The notes beneath the pieces were generated by a model. The model worked only from the letters and a program-made list of their open reading frames with translations, searched no databases and was not told the DNA's origin. Below, in pieces: positions 62,707-64,000 of a stretch of 64,000 bases of DNA. The translations under genes and the position numbers were made by a program. Each line of letters opens with the position of its first letter. Position 1 is the stretch's first letter. This DNA is from Azolla caroliniana (taxonomy: Eukaryota; Plantae; Polypodiophyta): NCBI GenBank assembly GCA_043228905.1, contig JBHGNT010000006.1, positions 21,948,001-22,012,000 of the forward strand. The letters are read 5' to 3'.

Positions 62707-63799
62707 AAAACTGTGTTAACTCTTCGGGCCGGACAATGGCCTAACACAGGGTGTCTACGTGAGACACTTCACCAAAGGGTGTTATGGCAACCGGATTAGA
62801 CTTCAACGCTTAATCCGACTTAGTTAAGTTACTTATTAGGATCGTCTTTCATAACACGCGTAAGATATAACAATTAAGACAGAACGGCAATTAACACAGA
62901 GAGATAACAACACTTAAGCTTTCATTAATTAATCGCTAACTATTACATTGTATCCGGGCCTTTAAATAGGTTTCCGGTCTGTATTACAAAACGGTGCCAT
63001 CCACACCTGTTCGGGATCGGTTTGGATCCGGAACGGCATACCGATTCCGGTCCATCCGTCCACACTCATAGCTTAATTACAACCACATTCCTACTACTTA
63101 ATTAGCTCTCCGTTTCCCACTCTGGACTCCTTTGCCGGCCGGTAACAGGCCACCCAAAAACAGTAGAAAAGGAATGGTCATAACTCTTTCATTTGTCACC
63201 CAAATATCATGTAAATCTTGTAAAGAGAGTTATCCATAGTAGTTTAAATCTCTAAATTTAGAGCTCGTATGAGGGAGATATGACGATTAGAAAATCATTG
63301 TCTCTTAACTAAGAATAGGAGATAAAAAGCTTCTAAAAATAGCGTGAACGAGGAAGAAGAAGAAATTTATAAAAGAGGAAGTGATAGTCTTAGAGGAGGG
63401 GTCCTAATAGATGAGGAGTAGTCTTGGGAAGGGTCTTAGTAGTGGGTTTGAGTGATTGGACGTAAGAAGGTCTTTGGTTTTTTAGTTCAATGTGGAGTTT
63501 ATCTCCTTTGTATGGTCTTGATAATTGAATATTATAACATTCTTACCCCTTTCTCATCTTCTCTATCTTTTGTGTTAATTTCTTGAGTCTCCCTCTCTAA
63601 TTCGAAGTTATCTTGATCAATAAAAACCATTATAATTCATAACTCCATCTAATCAGTTTGATCAAGCCCTATATTGTGAATTACTATCATCTGCCTTATA
63701 CACGCTATCATTTTTAGCTCTCCAGGGAGGGTCGATCCTTTCCGTATAGGAGGGAGAACCTATCCTTTCTTTGTGTTACTATACTACATTAACTTAGCT

Positions 63800-64000
63800 A
63801 TGTAGTTCGCGTTTCCAGATGAAAGAACACAAGATGCTGGTGCCTTTTTGGCATCCTTTAAGCATTATGCCATCTCTATTGGACGCGTCACCGACAATGA
63901 AAAGTTACCCTTGCTAGTAGCTACATTCTATGGTCGAGCTTGAGATTGGTATGACTCTCTTCCACCAAACGAACAAGGAGAATATCAATTTTTGGTACAC
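63800..64000 (+). pseudogene. start of another degenerate gypsy gag
   Basis: DAGAFLASF...EKLPLL...GRA*DWYDSLP resembles the retrotransposon gag G-x-A-x2-W-Y-x2-L motif; 63148-63710 may be its LTR. Confidence 0.55.

Larger units (their letters stand above)
53241..63147 (-). mobile_element. full-length non-chromovirus Ty3/gypsy C2 with extra ORF, degenerate
   Basis: 434-bp LTRs 62714-63147 (5') and 53241-53674 (3'); order gag, PR, RT, RH, INT, extra ORF; no TSD. Confidence 0.95.

Overview
Eukaryotic, TE-dense land-plant DNA; the retroelement families suggest a seed-free plant such as a fern (inference). One intact host gene is present: a 6-exon adenine phosphoribosyltransferase (12344-13994, 182 aa). 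Nearly everything else is nested retroelements. These are three Ty1/copia elements (tRNA-iMet PBS), two copies of a tRNA-Trp-primed Ty3/gypsy family (one intact, 35499-42737), two copies of a non-chromovirus gypsy family with a long extra ORF after integrase, a truncated Tcn1-like chromovirus, three solo LTRs, LINE remnants and a decayed tRNA-Thr tandem array. Most notable observations: (1) antisense tRNA-type Pol III A/B-box modules with tRNA spacing inside the U3 of LTRs from two unrelated gypsy lineages; (2) a GGAUUUU slippery site plus pseudoknot at the gag-pro/pol junction; (3) 4-bp TSDs at the same ACGG/CCGT target; (4) a Tf1-like self-priming signature; (5) near-absence of CAG/CTG with CCG/CGG excess in the young element. 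Coordinates were read by eye and may be off by a few bases.
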